From the NCBI GenBank assembly GCA_020029475.1, contig JAIBJG010000013.1, positions 1 through 61,700 on the forward strand: a stretch of 61,700 bases of DNA. Direction: 5' to 3'. Below the pieces are notes generated by a model. It searched no databases. It saw only the letters and a list, made by a program, of their open reading frames with translations, and was not told the origin of the DNA. This stretch comes from Methanobacteriota archaeon. GTDB lineage: Archaea > Thermoplasmatota > Thermoplasmata > RBG-16-68-12. Position 1 is the stretch's first letter. The number at the start of each line of letters is the position of its first letter. Made by a program: the position numbers and the translations under genes. Below are positions 8,523 through 16,868 of this stretch, piece by piece.

Positions 8523-9188
8523 GTGCCGAACCTTCTCAACTTCAACTCGAACCGGGACCTCGGGTTCTACCACATCCGGGAGCTCCAGTTCGACCTGGAC
8601 CGCCCCCTCGACTTCGACATGAACCGCGAGCTCGTCTTCAACCCGGACCGGGACCTGGGATTCGGAAAAAAGGGGGTCCTCTTCCGCGGGTTTGTGTGCG
8701 AGAAGTGCGACGCGATCGTGTCTGTGGACGCGACCTCGTGCGACGCGTGCGGGGCCGTCTTCGAGAAGCCCAAACTGGTCGGGGTGATGAAAGCGTCGCC
8801 GATGATGACCTCCGACTTCGAGAGGGCGTCGGCCCCAACGACAACCCCCGCCACGAAGCGTGACGGTGCGACCGCCTCTAGCGTTTATCCACCATCGCCG
8901 ACACCGCGGGCGATTCCGCCGACAACGGCCGCCCCTCAGCCTCCAAAGACAGCGCCGCCAACCGCGCCGACCACGGGTTCGGCCTCCCGGTTCTGCCCGA
9001 ACTGCGGCGCCCGCTCGTGGCAAGGAGACGCCTTCTGTTGGAACTGCGGAGCGAGGTTCACGGGGTCGAGCGTGCCGACGCCTCCTTCCGCGGAGAAGGT
9101 CCAGCTTCCCCCGAAGAAAGCGAAGAAAGTCGTGAAGGACTGGCAGGAGACGGGGAAGACGTGGGAGGAGTACTCGGAGGAGAAGTGA
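8523..9188 (+). CDS. Double zinc-ribbon protein with N-terminal 8-aa tandem repeats and a Pro/Thr/Ala-rich linker
   Basis: Two CxxC...CxxC ribbons (FVCEKCDAIVSVDATSCDACGAVFE and RFCPNCGARSWQGDAFCWNCGARF). GTG start. It lies immediately upstream of the NfeD/flotillin pair. Confidence 0.65.
   Translation: MPNLLNFNSNRDLGFYHIRELQFDLDRPLDFDMNRELVFNPDRDLGFGKKGVLFRGFVCEKCDAIVSVDATSCDACGAVFEKPKLVGVMKASPMMTSDFERASAPTTTPATKRDGATASSVYPPSPTPRAIPPTTAAPQPPKTAPPTAPTTGSASRFCPNCGARSWQGDAFCWNCGARFTGSSVPTPPSAEKVQLPPKKAKKVVKDWQETGKTWEEYSEEK
8550..8669 (+). repeat. Five degenerate 24-nt (8-aa) tandem repeats, [ND]R[DE]LxFxx
   Basis: NRDLGFYH / IRELQFDL / DRPLDFDM / NRELVFNP / DRDLGFGK, read in frame from the sequence. 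Confidence 0.7.
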
Positions 9189-9192
9189 TCCG

Positions 9193-9792
9193 ATGGCCGT
9201 CGATCCGGTGTTCGTCTATCTGGTAATTACGATCGTGTTCTCGATCCTCCTGATCACGATGGGGTTCCTCGGAGGGCTGGGGGGAGTCTTCGACATCCAC
9301 CTCGACATCGGCCATGGCATCGATGCGGGCGGCGTCGACGTGGGAGGCGCCGGCCACGACCTCGCGACGGACCAGGGCCAGTTCGCGGGTGCGGGGATCT
9401 CCCCTCTGAGCCTGCCGATCCTGTTCGTCTTCGGGACCTTCTTCGGCGTGTTCGGTACCGTCATGGAAGTCACCCGATTCCTCCCGACGTACGGCGTGCC
9501 GTTCGCAGCGGGCGTCCTCTCCGCGCTCCTCACCGCGATCGTGTACTGGGCGATGGTCAACGTCTTCGTGAAGACCCAGGCCACGAGCGAGTACCGGCTC
9601 AAGGACCTCATCGGGTCTCACGGAGAGATCACCGTGCCCGTAGGACCCGGGAACCGGGGGCAGGTCCTCGTCGTCACGGAGGCGGCGGGACGCACCCTGA
9701 TTTCCGCGGTTTCGAAGGACAGCCTGAAGACGGGCGACCGAGTTCAAGTCACCGGAATGGAGGGAAGCTCCCTCATCGTCGAGAAGGTGTGA
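9193..9792 (+). CDS. NfeD/YqiJ-like membrane protein
   Basis: TM-rich N-terminal part plus a C-terminal OB-like NfeD segment (GEITVPVGPGNRGQVLVVTEAAGRTLISAVSKDSLKTGDRVQVTGMEGSSLIV). It sits directly upstream of a flotillin gene, as in yqiJ-yqiK. Confidence 0.75.
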   Translation: MAVDPVFVYLVITIVFSILLITMGFLGGLGGVFDIHLDIGHGIDAGGVDVGGAGHDLATDQGQFAGAGISPLSLPILFVFGTFFGVFGTVMEVTRFLPTYGVPFAAGVLSALLTAIVYWAMVNVFVKTQATSEYRLKDLIGSHGEITVPVGPGNRGQVLVVTEAAGRTLISAVSKDSLKTGDRVQVTGMEGSSLIVEKV

Positions 9793-9808
9793 AGGGGGAA
9801 GTGAAGGC

Positions 9809-11278
9809 ATGGCAGGCGAAGAGACTATCTTGATCGTGGTGGGCATACTGGGCATCCTGGCCTTCCTGGGACTGGTCGGCGCGTACGCGGCCCGTTACAA
9901 GAAGGTCCCGCCGGATGCGGCGATGGTCGTGTACGGCAGGGGATTCGGAGGAAAGGGATACGACGTCCGGAGGGGCGGCGGGAAGTTCATCGTCCCGATT
10001 CTGGAGAGCTATCGCTTCCTCCCCCTCGGGATCCGGACCCTGGACGTGAACGTGAACGAGCTCGTCACGGACGTCGCGCGGAGCGGCGCCAGGGTGAACG
10101 TGAAGGCCGTCGCACAGGTGCGGATCTCCGACGACGCGGACGTCCTGAGGACGGCGGCGGGGCAGCTCCTCCACAAGACTGACCTCGAGATCAACGAGAT
10201 CGCCCTGAAGACGCTCGAGGGCCACGTCCGTGGCGTGTGCGCGACGCTCACAATCGAGCAGATCAACAGCGAGCGGGACGCGATGGCGTCAAAGATCCTG
10301 ACGATGGCGGGGGAGGACCTCAAGAACATGGGCATCGAGATCCGCTCCTTTGTGATCAAGGAGATCGAGGACGAACACGGCTACCTCGACGCCCTCGGAA
10401 TCAAGAGGACGGAAGAGGTGAAGCGGGACGCCCGCGTCGGGAAGGCGAACGCGAACCGGGAGGCGACGATCGCCGAGGCCATCGCCGCGCAGCAGGCGGA
10501 GAAGGCGAACGCGGACGCGGAGGCGCAGGTCGCCCAATATCACCGGGACCGCGACGTGATTCGGTTCAAGGCGGAGACGGAAGTCGAGACGGAACGGTCG
10601 AACCGGGAGATCGCCTTCCAGATGCAGACCGCCCGCCGGAACCAGGAGCTCGTCGTCGAGCAGACGAAGATCGACATCCGGCAGAAGGAGCAGCAGGTCC
10701 TCGTCCAGACGCAGGAAGTCCTCCGGCGTCAGCAGGAGCAGGCCGCGGATCAGGTCGTCCCCGCGAAGGCGAAGGCGGACGCGGTGGCGGCGGAGGCCGA
10801 CGGCGAGAAGCGCCGGCTCGTGACTACCGCGGAGGGCGAGAAGGAACGCGCAATCCTCGTGGCGGAGGGCGAGAAGGAGCGACTTTCTCGTGTCGCCCAA
10901 GGCGAAGCGGAGCGGATCCGCCAGGAGGGGACCGCGGAGGCGGACATCATCCGGCTCAAGGGCGAGGCGAACGCCTACGCGATCAAGGCGACCGGACTCG
11001 CCGAGGCGGAGGCGATGCGGGCGAAGGCGGCGGCGTGGGAGCAATACGGCAAGGCCGCGATCACGCAGATGATCGTCGAGAAGCTCCCCGAGATCGTCGC
11101 GAACGCCGCGAGGTCCCTCGAGTCCACGGAGAAGCTGATCATCATGGGGGACCGCGGGCCGTCCCAGCTCGTGAGCAGCGTCGTGGACATCGCCGCGACG
11201 GCGCCGGCCCTCGTGAAGAGCCTGACGGGGATGGACCTGTCCGAGCTCGCGGGCAAGCTGAAGGACGTCGTCAAGTAG
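9809..11278 (+). CDS. SPFH/band-7 flotillin-like protein (YqiK/FloT type)
   Basis: N-terminal anchor, SPFH domain, and a long EA-rich coiled coil (AEAIAAQQAEKANADAEAQVAQ..., EGEKERAILVAEGEKERLSRVAQGEAERIRQEG). Confidence 0.9.
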   Translation: MAGEETILIVVGILGILAFLGLVGAYAARYKKVPPDAAMVVYGRGFGGKGYDVRRGGGKFIVPILESYRFLPLGIRTLDVNVNELVTDVARSGARVNVKAVAQVRISDDADVLRTAAGQLLHKTDLEINEIALKTLEGHVRGVCATLTIEQINSERDAMASKILTMAGEDLKNMGIEIRSFVIKEIEDEHGYLDALGIKRTEEVKRDARVGKANANREATIAEAIAAQQAEKANADAEAQVAQYHRDRDVIRFKAETEVETERSNREIAFQMQTARRNQELVVEQTKIDIRQKEQQVLVQTQEVLRRQQEQAADQVVPAKAKADAVAAEADGEKRRLVTTAEGEKERAILVAEGEKERLSRVAQGEAERIRQEGTAEADIIRLKGEANAYAIKATGLAEAEAMRAKAAAWEQYGKAAITQMIVEKLPEIVANAARSLESTEKLIIMGDRGPSQLVSSVVDIAATAPALVKSLTGMDLSELAGKLKDVVK

Positions 11279-11290
11279 GCGGGGCGTCAA

Positions 11291-11325
11291 GGGACGCCGT
11301 AACGGCGTCCCATTCTTCCTTTGTG
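11291..11325 (+). terminator. Perfect 8-bp hairpin followed by a T-rich tract downstream of the flotillin gene
   Basis: GGGACGCC-GTAAC-GGCGTCCC (11291..11311), then ATTCTTCCTTTGTG. It begins 13 nt after the TAG at 11276..11278. Confidence 0.45.
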
Positions 11326-11501
11326 CAGGGGTGTTCCGCGTGAGGATTGCGTCCGCCGAATGGGGTCCGGGGCAGGACCCCGAGTTGATGGTCGAGGTGT
11401 GGAACACGGCCGCCCTCCTGGAAGCCGTGCTCGAGGCGCTGCTGGAGGACCCTCAGGCGATGACGAAGGCGATGGGGCTGTTCCGGCCGACCCGCTGAGG
11501 C

Positions 11502-11750
11502 CTACGTCCCGCCGCCGACGTTCATCACGACGACGTCCTTGATCGCCTTCATCCCGTTGAAGGGGAGGATGATCCGGCCCGCTGGGTCCGTCTTGAACAT
11601 CCTCGGCTCCACCTCTTCCGCGGGAACGACGAGAACGTTCTCCACCTTGCCCGAACGGGTGTCAATGATGAAGTTCTCAATCATCCCGAGGATCTGACCG
11701 TCCTGAGTCATGACGGTCTTGCCTTTCAGCTCCGTAGCGAATTTCTTCAT
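11502..11750 (-). CDS. PRC-barrel domain protein
   Basis: MKKFATELKGKTVMTQDGQILGMIENFIIDTRSGKVENVLVVP... is typical of small archaeal PRC-barrel proteins. Start set at the ATG at 11750. Confidence 0.75.
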   Translation of the reverse strand: MKKFATELKGKTVMTQDGQILGMIENFIIDTRSGKVENVLVVPAEEVEPRMFKTDPAGRIILPFNGMKAIKDVVVMNVGGGT

Positions 11751-11832
11751 CCCATCACGTCCCTTCTGACGCTGGGACCGCATCCGTCGGGGGTCTATTT
11801 GAGGATTGTGCGGGAGGGAGGAGGCCGCGGGC

Positions 11833-14052
11833 TCACCGGAAGTACCCGAGAGCGAGCTCCTCCTTCCGGCGGGCGATCCCCTTCTCGAGGTCCCGGCCGA
11901 TCCGCTCGTAGAACTTCATCGTCTCCTCGTCGATCGATGGCCGGACCGCCTTCGTGGCCTCCTGGAAGTGGACCATGGTGACCTTCTTCGCCTTCTTGTT
12001 CTCCCGGAGGGCGAGCATCGCGGCCTCCCGGCAGAGGCCCTCGATGTCCGCGCCCGTGTACCCCTCGAGCTCCACCGCGAGTTCCTCGATGTCGACCCCC
12101 TCCAGGGGCATCTCTTTCGTGTGGACCTTGAGGATCTCGAGGCGGGCGTTCTTGTCCGGGACGGGGACGAGGATGATCCGGTCGTACCGTCCGCTCCGCA
12201 GGAGTGCCGGATCGATCATGTCCGGCCGGTTCGTGGCGCCGATCACGACGACCCCCTCCATGCTTTCGAGGCCGTCGAGGCTCGTGAGGAGCTGGTTCAC
12301 GACCCGCTCGCTCACCCCGCTGTCCGCGTCGAACCCGCGTCGGTGCGCGATCGCGTCGATCTCGTCGAGGAAGACGACGCACGGTGCGACCTGCTTCGCC
12401 TTCTTGAAGATCATGCGGACCGCCTTCTCGCTCTCCCCGACCCACTTCGACATCACCTCGGGGCCCTTGATCGAGATGAAGTTCGCCTCGCTCTCCGTGG
12501 CGACAGCCTTCGCGAGGAGGGTCTTCCCGGTCCCCGGGGGACCGTAGAGCAGGATGCCGCGGGGCGGGCGGATCCCCATCCGCTTGAACGCGTCCGGGTC
12601 CTTCAGGGGCATCTCGACCGCCTCTTTCAGCTTCAGCTTCACGTCCTCGAGGCCGCCGACGTCCGCCCAGGTGATGTGGGGCACCTCGACGAGGACTTCC
12701 CGCATCGCGCTCGGCTCCACTTCCTTCAGGGCCCCCTTGAAGTCCTCCGTGAGCACCCGCATCTTCTCCAAGATCTCCGCGGGGATCGGCTTCTCGAGGT
12801 CGATGTCCGGGAGGTACCGCCGCAGAGCCTTCATCGCGGCCTCCCGTGCGAGGGCGGCGAGGTCCGCCCCGACGAAACCGTGGGTCACGTTCGCGAGGTC
12901 CGAGAGCAGCCCGTCCCGCTCCTCTTCGGTCCCCTCGATCGGCATCCCTCGGGTGTGGATCTGGAGGATCTCCTTCCGTCCGATGCGGTCCGGCACCCCG
13001 ATCTCGATCTCCCGGTCGAAGCGGCCCGGCCGCCGGAGCGCGGGGTCGATCGCCTCGTCCCGGTTCGTCGCGCCGATCACGATGACCTGCCCGCGGCCGC
13101 TGAGGCCGTCCATCAGGGTGAGGAGCTGTGCGACGACGCGTCGCTCCACTTCCCCGGTGACCTCCTCCCGCCGCGGGGCGATGGAGTCGAGCTCGTCGAT
13201 GAACAGGATCGAGGGCGCGTTCTTCTGGGCCTCCTCGAACTTCTCCCGGAGCCGCTCCTCGGACTGACCGTAGTACTTCGACATGATCTCCGGGCCCTGG
13301 ATGGAGTAGAAGTTCGCCCCCGCCTCGTTCGCGACCGCCTTCGCGATCAGGGTCTTCCCGGTGCCCGGGGGCCCGAAGAGGAGGACGCCCTTCGGCGGGT
13401 CGATGCCGAGGCGCTCGAAGAGCTCCGCGTGCTTCAGCGGGAGCTCGATCATCTCGCGGACCTTCCGGAGCTCCTCCTTCAGGCCGCCGATGTCCTCGTA
13501 CGTGACCGTCGGTGTGAGGACCTCGCCCTCGCGGACGGGCTCCTCCTTCATCTCGATGATCGTGTCGTCCACGATCTGGACGACGCCCTTCGGGATTACC
13601 TTGATCACCATGAACGGGAGGGCGCCGCCCATCAGCGCGATCCCGGGGACGATCACGACGTCCCCCTTCGTGAGCGGGCGCTTCAGGAGGCCGCGCTTCA
13701 CGAAGTTCTCGATCCCCTGGCCGAAGCTGATCTTGTGGCCCTCGGAGATGATCGGCGCGATCGTCACCCGCTCCGCGGGGAAGACGTCCGCCTTCCGGAC
13801 TTCGACCTTGTCCCCGATCGACACGCCGACGTTCCGGCGGACGAGGCCGTCGATCCGGATGATCCCCTTGCCCTCGTCCTCCTGCATCACTCGGAACAGT
13901 TTCGCTGCGGTGGACTTCTTCCCGATGATCTCGATGATCTCGCCCACGTCCACGCCGAGAGCCATCCGCGTCTTCGTGTCCACCCGCGCGCGGCCGAGGC
14001 CCACGTCGGACTGGGGCGCTTCGGCGACCTTGAGAACAACCCTTTCGGGCAC
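11833..14052 (-). CDS. cdc48: CDC48/VCP-type AAA+ ATPase
   Basis: N-domain plus two AAA modules with Walker A GPPGTGKT (twice) and DELD/DEID Walker B. The start was moved to the GTG at 14052, about 28 nt downstream of the TATA box. The ORF-track TTG at 14073 lies only 4 nt from the TATA box, too close for a start. Confidence 0.95.
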   Translation of the reverse strand: MPERVVLKVAEAPQSDVGLGRARVDTKTRMALGVDVGEIIEIIGKKSTAAKLFRVMQEDEGKGIIRIDGLVRRNVGVSIGDKVEVRKADVFPAERVTIAPIISEGHKISFGQGIENFVKRGLLKRPLTKGDVVIVPGIALMGGALPFMVIKVIPKGVVQIVDDTIIEMKEEPVREGEVLTPTVTYEDIGGLKEELRKVREMIELPLKHAELFERLGIDPPKGVLLFGPPGTGKTLIAKAVANEAGANFYSIQGPEIMSKYYGQSEERLREKFEEAQKNAPSILFIDELDSIAPRREEVTGEVERRVVAQLLTLMDGLSGRGQVIVIGATNRDEAIDPALRRPGRFDREIEIGVPDRIGRKEILQIHTRGMPIEGTEEERDGLLSDLANVTHGFVGADLAALAREAAMKALRRYLPDIDLEKPIPAEILEKMRVLTEDFKGALKEVEPSAMREVLVEVPHITWADVGGLEDVKLKLKEAVEMPLKDPDAFKRMGIRPPRGILLYGPPGTGKTLLAKAVATESEANFISIKGPEVMSKWVGESEKAVRMIFKKAKQVAPCVVFLDEIDAIAHRRGFDADSGVSERVVNQLLTSLDGLESMEGVVVIGATNRPDMIDPALLRSGRYDRIILVPVPDKNARLEILKVHTKEMPLEGVDIEELAVELEGYTGADIEGLCREAAMLALRENKKAKKVTMVHFQEATKAVRPSIDEETMKFYERIGRDLEKGIARRKEELALGYFR

Positions 14053-14076
14053 GCGAGATTCCAACCCAGACAACCC

Positions 14077-14084
14077 TTATAAAA
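14077..14084 (-). promoter_or_regulatory. TATA box (TTTTATAA on the minus strand) for cdc48
   Basis: A strong AT-rich octamer in an otherwise GC-rich intergenic region, about 28 nt upstream of the GTG at 14052. Confidence 0.5.
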
Positions 14085-14099
14085 GTGTCCACCCGATTG

Positions 14100-15191
14100 T
14101 CAATCCGAGGACGGGCCCTCCGGCGGCACCGGAGGCGCGGGCGGACTCGGCGGGGATGGCGGGGCCGCGGGAGCTGGCGGAGGAGGTGCGCCGCTTCCTC
14201 GGTACCCCGCTTGAGCATCAATGGCCCCGCGGGTCAGGGGCCTGCGTTCCTTCACCTCGGAGGACTCGTGGACGGTGAGGTCGCGGGCCTCGACGGCCCC
14301 GATCCGGCAGTGCGGGCCGATCACGACCTCCTCGCCGACGACGAGGTTCGCGATCGTGCACTCCAGGTTCACCTCGCGGGCCGCGATCCGGTCCGCTCGG
14401 AGTTCGCAGCGGCCGCGGAAGAACCCGCCGGGCCGGCGGACGTTCACCTCTGTCCCGTGGATCACCGGCGCGCTCACGTCCCCGCCGAGTTCGATGTCGA
14501 CCTCCTGGGCCTCGATGGGGCCGCCGAAGTTCCCCCCGCCGGCGAGCCGGAACTCCTGCGCGGTCGTTCGTCCGCCGACGCTCATGCTTCCGCGGACGTG
14601 GACCTCGTGGGCCTCGACGTCCCCGCCGACGGAGAGGGAGCCGGAGCTGTGGACCTCCTGTCCCTTCAGGTCCCCGTTCACCTTGGCGGAGCCCGCGGTG
14701 TGGAACTCCCGCGCGGTCACGTTCCCCTCGAACATGCAGGATCCCGCCGCCTTCGCGAGGTCCGCCTCGAGGTCCCCGGCGACCCGGCCGGACCCCGCGG
14801 ACTTGAACTCGTGGGCGCGCACGGGGTTCCCCGAGACGACGCCCGAACCGACGATCTTCACGTTCCCGTTCCGGGACTGGACCCCCTCGCCGAAGTCCCC
14901 GAAACGCATGCCGGAGATCGCGGGGTCCACGGACTCGCGGATCCTCCGCTCGAGGTCCGGCATGCCCCGGAGCATCGGCTCGACGGACTCGCGGATCGTC
15001 CGCTCGATCAGCATGCCGAGGTCCTCGGGGTGGCCCGCGTGCCCGGCGTGCCCCACCTGCGAGGACTCCTGGGGCTCGGGCTCGTCGGGCTCCGCCTCGT
15101 ACCGGCCCTTGATCTCCACGTACGTCTTCTCGGAGATCTCGCCCCGTGCGAGCCGCTCCTCGAGCCGCCGGAGGATCTCGGACCGCTTCAC
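14100..15191 (-). CDS. SHOCT-like domain plus bactofilin-like (polymer-forming, beta-helical repeat) protein with a Pro-rich tail
   Basis: The GTG start at 15191 overlaps the TGA of upstream ORF copy 2. The N-terminus ILRRLEERLARGEISEKTYVEIKGRY is SHOCT-like. The middle has repeated xEFxxxGSxxVxGD-type segments. The C-terminus is PPPPAPAAPPSPPSPPAPPVPP. Confidence 0.65.
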   Translation of the reverse strand: MKRSEILRRLEERLARGEISEKTYVEIKGRYEAEPDEPEPQESSQVGHAGHAGHPEDLGMLIERTIRESVEPMLRGMPDLERRIRESVDPAISGMRFGDFGEGVQSRNGNVKIVGSGVVSGNPVRAHEFKSAGSGRVAGDLEADLAKAAGSCMFEGNVTAREFHTAGSAKVNGDLKGQEVHSSGSLSVGGDVEAHEVHVRGSMSVGGRTTAQEFRLAGGGNFGGPIEAQEVDIELGGDVSAPVIHGTEVNVRRPGGFFRGRCELRADRIAAREVNLECTIANLVVGEEVVIGPHCRIGAVEARDLTVHESSEVKERRPLTRGAIDAQAGYRGSGAPPPPAPAAPPSPPSPPAPPVPPEGPSSD

Positions 15192-15280
15192 CGCAGCACC
15201 ACGCTGAAGGGTGGGCGGACCTCGACATCGAGGTAGATCGTCATCTCGTGTTCCTTTCCGACCGACTTCTTGCCGGACAT
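15188..15280 (-). CDS. 30-codon upstream ORF, copy 2 (MSGKKSVGKEHEMTIYLDVEVRPPFSVVLR)
   Basis: The ATG at 15280 lies 23 nt downstream of TAAATA. The stop TGA overlaps the GTG start of the downstream gene (GTGA). It is a paralog of 4004..4096. Confidence 0.5.
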   Translation of the reverse strand: MSGKKSVGKEHEMTIYLDVEVRPPFSVVLR

Positions 15281-15303
15281 GAGAGAGACCAAGCACGTGG
15301 GCG

Positions 15304-15316
15304 TATTTAGGCGAGC
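15304..15316 (-). promoter_or_regulatory. TATA/BRE-like promoter core GCTCGCCTAAATA (copy 2)
   Basis: Identical 13-mer and identical 23-nt spacing to the ATG as at 4120..4132. Confidence 0.5.
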
Positions 15317-15409
15317 TTCACGGAGCGCGAAGAAAGCCTCCACGCGTCGGAGGACAACGTCAACCCGAGGGTTGAAGAAGGTTGATTTGCGCCGCGCCGA
15401 TGCGGGCGC

Positions 15410-15832
15410 GTGCCGGACGACCCCCTGGAGCTCATCCGCATCGTGGCCTCCGCGACCCGGCTCCAGATCCTGAAGCTGCTCCAGCAGGGGTTCGACCATC
15501 CCGAGGACCTCGCGAAGAAGATGAAGATCCGCCGCCAGGCAGTGGACAAGCAGCTCGTCGAGCTGTTCGACTGGGGCCTTGTGGACCGGGCCGCGGTGTT
15601 CCCGCCCACGGGCCGGCCCCGGATCGTGTACCAGGTCACGCTGCGGGGGAAGGACCTCGTCGAACTCCTCGACCGCGCGGCGAAGGAGCACCACGACGGA
15701 TTCCGCCAGGACTTCCAGCGGGAGATGGACGACCTCGAGGCGAAGCTTGCGGCGGGGGAGATCGCGGAGGAGATGTACTTCAAGAAGCGAAAGGAGATCG
15801 AGGCCCGCTACAAGCGGGTCGTGGGCCCATGA
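15410..15832 (+). CDS. ArsR-family wHTH regulator with a C-terminal SHOCT-like helix
   Basis: LELIRIVASATRLQILKLLQQGFDHPEDLAKKMKIRRQAVDKQLVELFDWGLV is ArsR/SmtB-like. The C-terminus is LEAKLAAGEIAEEMYFKKRKEIEARY. GTG start. It is divergent from the SHOCT-bactofilin-like gene. Confidence 0.8.
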   Translation: MPDDPLELIRIVASATRLQILKLLQQGFDHPEDLAKKMKIRRQAVDKQLVELFDWGLVDRAAVFPPTGRPRIVYQVTLRGKDLVELLDRAAKEHHDGFRQDFQREMDDLEAKLAAGEIAEEMYFKKRKEIEARYKRVVGP

Positions 15833-15841
15833 CCCCGGGCC

Positions 15842-16585
15842 TCATTCGAGGTGTCTCTGCTTCCGGATCGCCTCGTCCAGCGTGATCTCCCCGCGGGCGA
15901 CGCGGGACGCGAGGTCCTTCGAGATCGTGACGCCCCCCTCGCTCGACACCCGGCTCCTCCGCTGGATCTCCCGCACCTCTCCCGGCGTGGGCTCCACGTC
16001 GTACGGCGGGGTCGCGCGCACCCCGGGGACGAACGCAATCTTGATCGCGGCGTCAATGTCCGGCTCCTGGGTCCGGTCCGTCGTGCCCGCCTCGTCGACG
16101 ATCTCCGTCGGGAGGCTCTCCCGCGCGAGCGCGTTCAGGATCCGGTTCCGGTTCGTCCGGTCCCCGTGGCCGATCCGGACCCGCCGCCTCGCGGACGGGA
16201 ACGTCCCGAGGGCGTCCCGCACAATCCCCGCGACCGCCTCCGGCGAGGGCGCGTGGTACGTCGCGAGGACCTGTCCGTCCCCCACGACCGCGACCCCGGG
16301 CTCCTCGCCCGGGTCGATCCCCACGAGGACCTCCTCCCACTCCGTCTTCCCATGGAGGACCTGGACCGCGCGGGCGATCGCCGCGCCGATGTCCCCCTCC
16401 GCGACGACATGGGGCCTCCGGACCCGGTCCGCTTCCTTCGGGGAGGTGACGATGACCCCGACGTTCTCCGGGATCCGGCGGGAGAAGGAGAGGCTGACGA
16501 ACGGGATGTCGCGGGCCTTCAGCTCCGCGACGAGGTCGTGGTACAGGCGGAAGTCCTCCGTCATCACCCCGAGGACCTTCGGCAT
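15842..16585 (-). CDS. Conserved hypothetical protein with a possible RNase H-like (RuvC/YqgF-type) fold
   Basis: 247-aa ORF with natural composition. VLVGIDPGEEPGVAVVGDG resembles the first strand and acidic motif of RNase H-fold nucleases. The function call is tentative. A TATA-like GTTTTAGC lies about 25-30 nt upstream. Confidence 0.55.
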   Translation of the reverse strand: MPKVLGVMTEDFRLYHDLVAELKARDIPFVSLSFSRRIPENVGVIVTSPKEADRVRRPHVVAEGDIGAAIARAVQVLHGKTEWEEVLVGIDPGEEPGVAVVGDGQVLATYHAPSPEAVAGIVRDALGTFPSARRRVRIGHGDRTNRNRILNALARESLPTEIVDEAGTTDRTQEPDIDAAIKIAFVPGVRATPPYDVEPTPGEVREIQRRSRVSSEGGVTISKDLASRVARGEITLDEAIRKQRHLE

Positions 16586-16691
16586 CGACCTCGAAAGCCC
16601 GGGTGGCGGCTAAAACGTTGCGAGCGTGCCGCGATGTTCACGGACGTGAAAATCGGCGTCGATAGCCGTTTCACATCCTATTCATACACGG

Positions 16692-16868
16692 ATGCCCCAT
16701 CCGGCGGGCGTTCCGAGGGAGACTCTGGCCCAGGCGGAGAAAATCGTCCAGGAACGGCCGACGATTGGCCGAGACCTCGTGATCATACTGATCGTCGCCT
16801 GCGGCCTCCTCGGCTTCTACGCGCTCTTCAAGGCCGTCTCGATCCTCGCCGGCCTGCCGTTCCCGTGA
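16692..16868 (+). CDS. Possible 58-aa single-TM protein (below the ORF-track length cutoff)
   Basis: Hand translation gives MPHPAGVPRETLAQAEKIVQERPTIGRDLVIILIVACGLLGFYALFKAVSILAGLPFP. It has one clear hydrophobic helix and GC3-rich codons. It ends one nt before the dnaJ stop on the other strand. Confidence 0.35.
   Translation: MPHPAGVPRETLAQAEKIVQERPTIGRDLVIILIVACGLLGFYALFKAVSILAGLPFP

Noticed and set aside
11795-14221. 808-aa (minus) and 758-aa (plus, 11806..14082) ORFs overlapping cdc48
   Set aside because: Both are alternative frames of the CDC48 gene with R/G/P/D-rich nonsense composition. Only the 11833..14052 frame carries AAA+ motifs.
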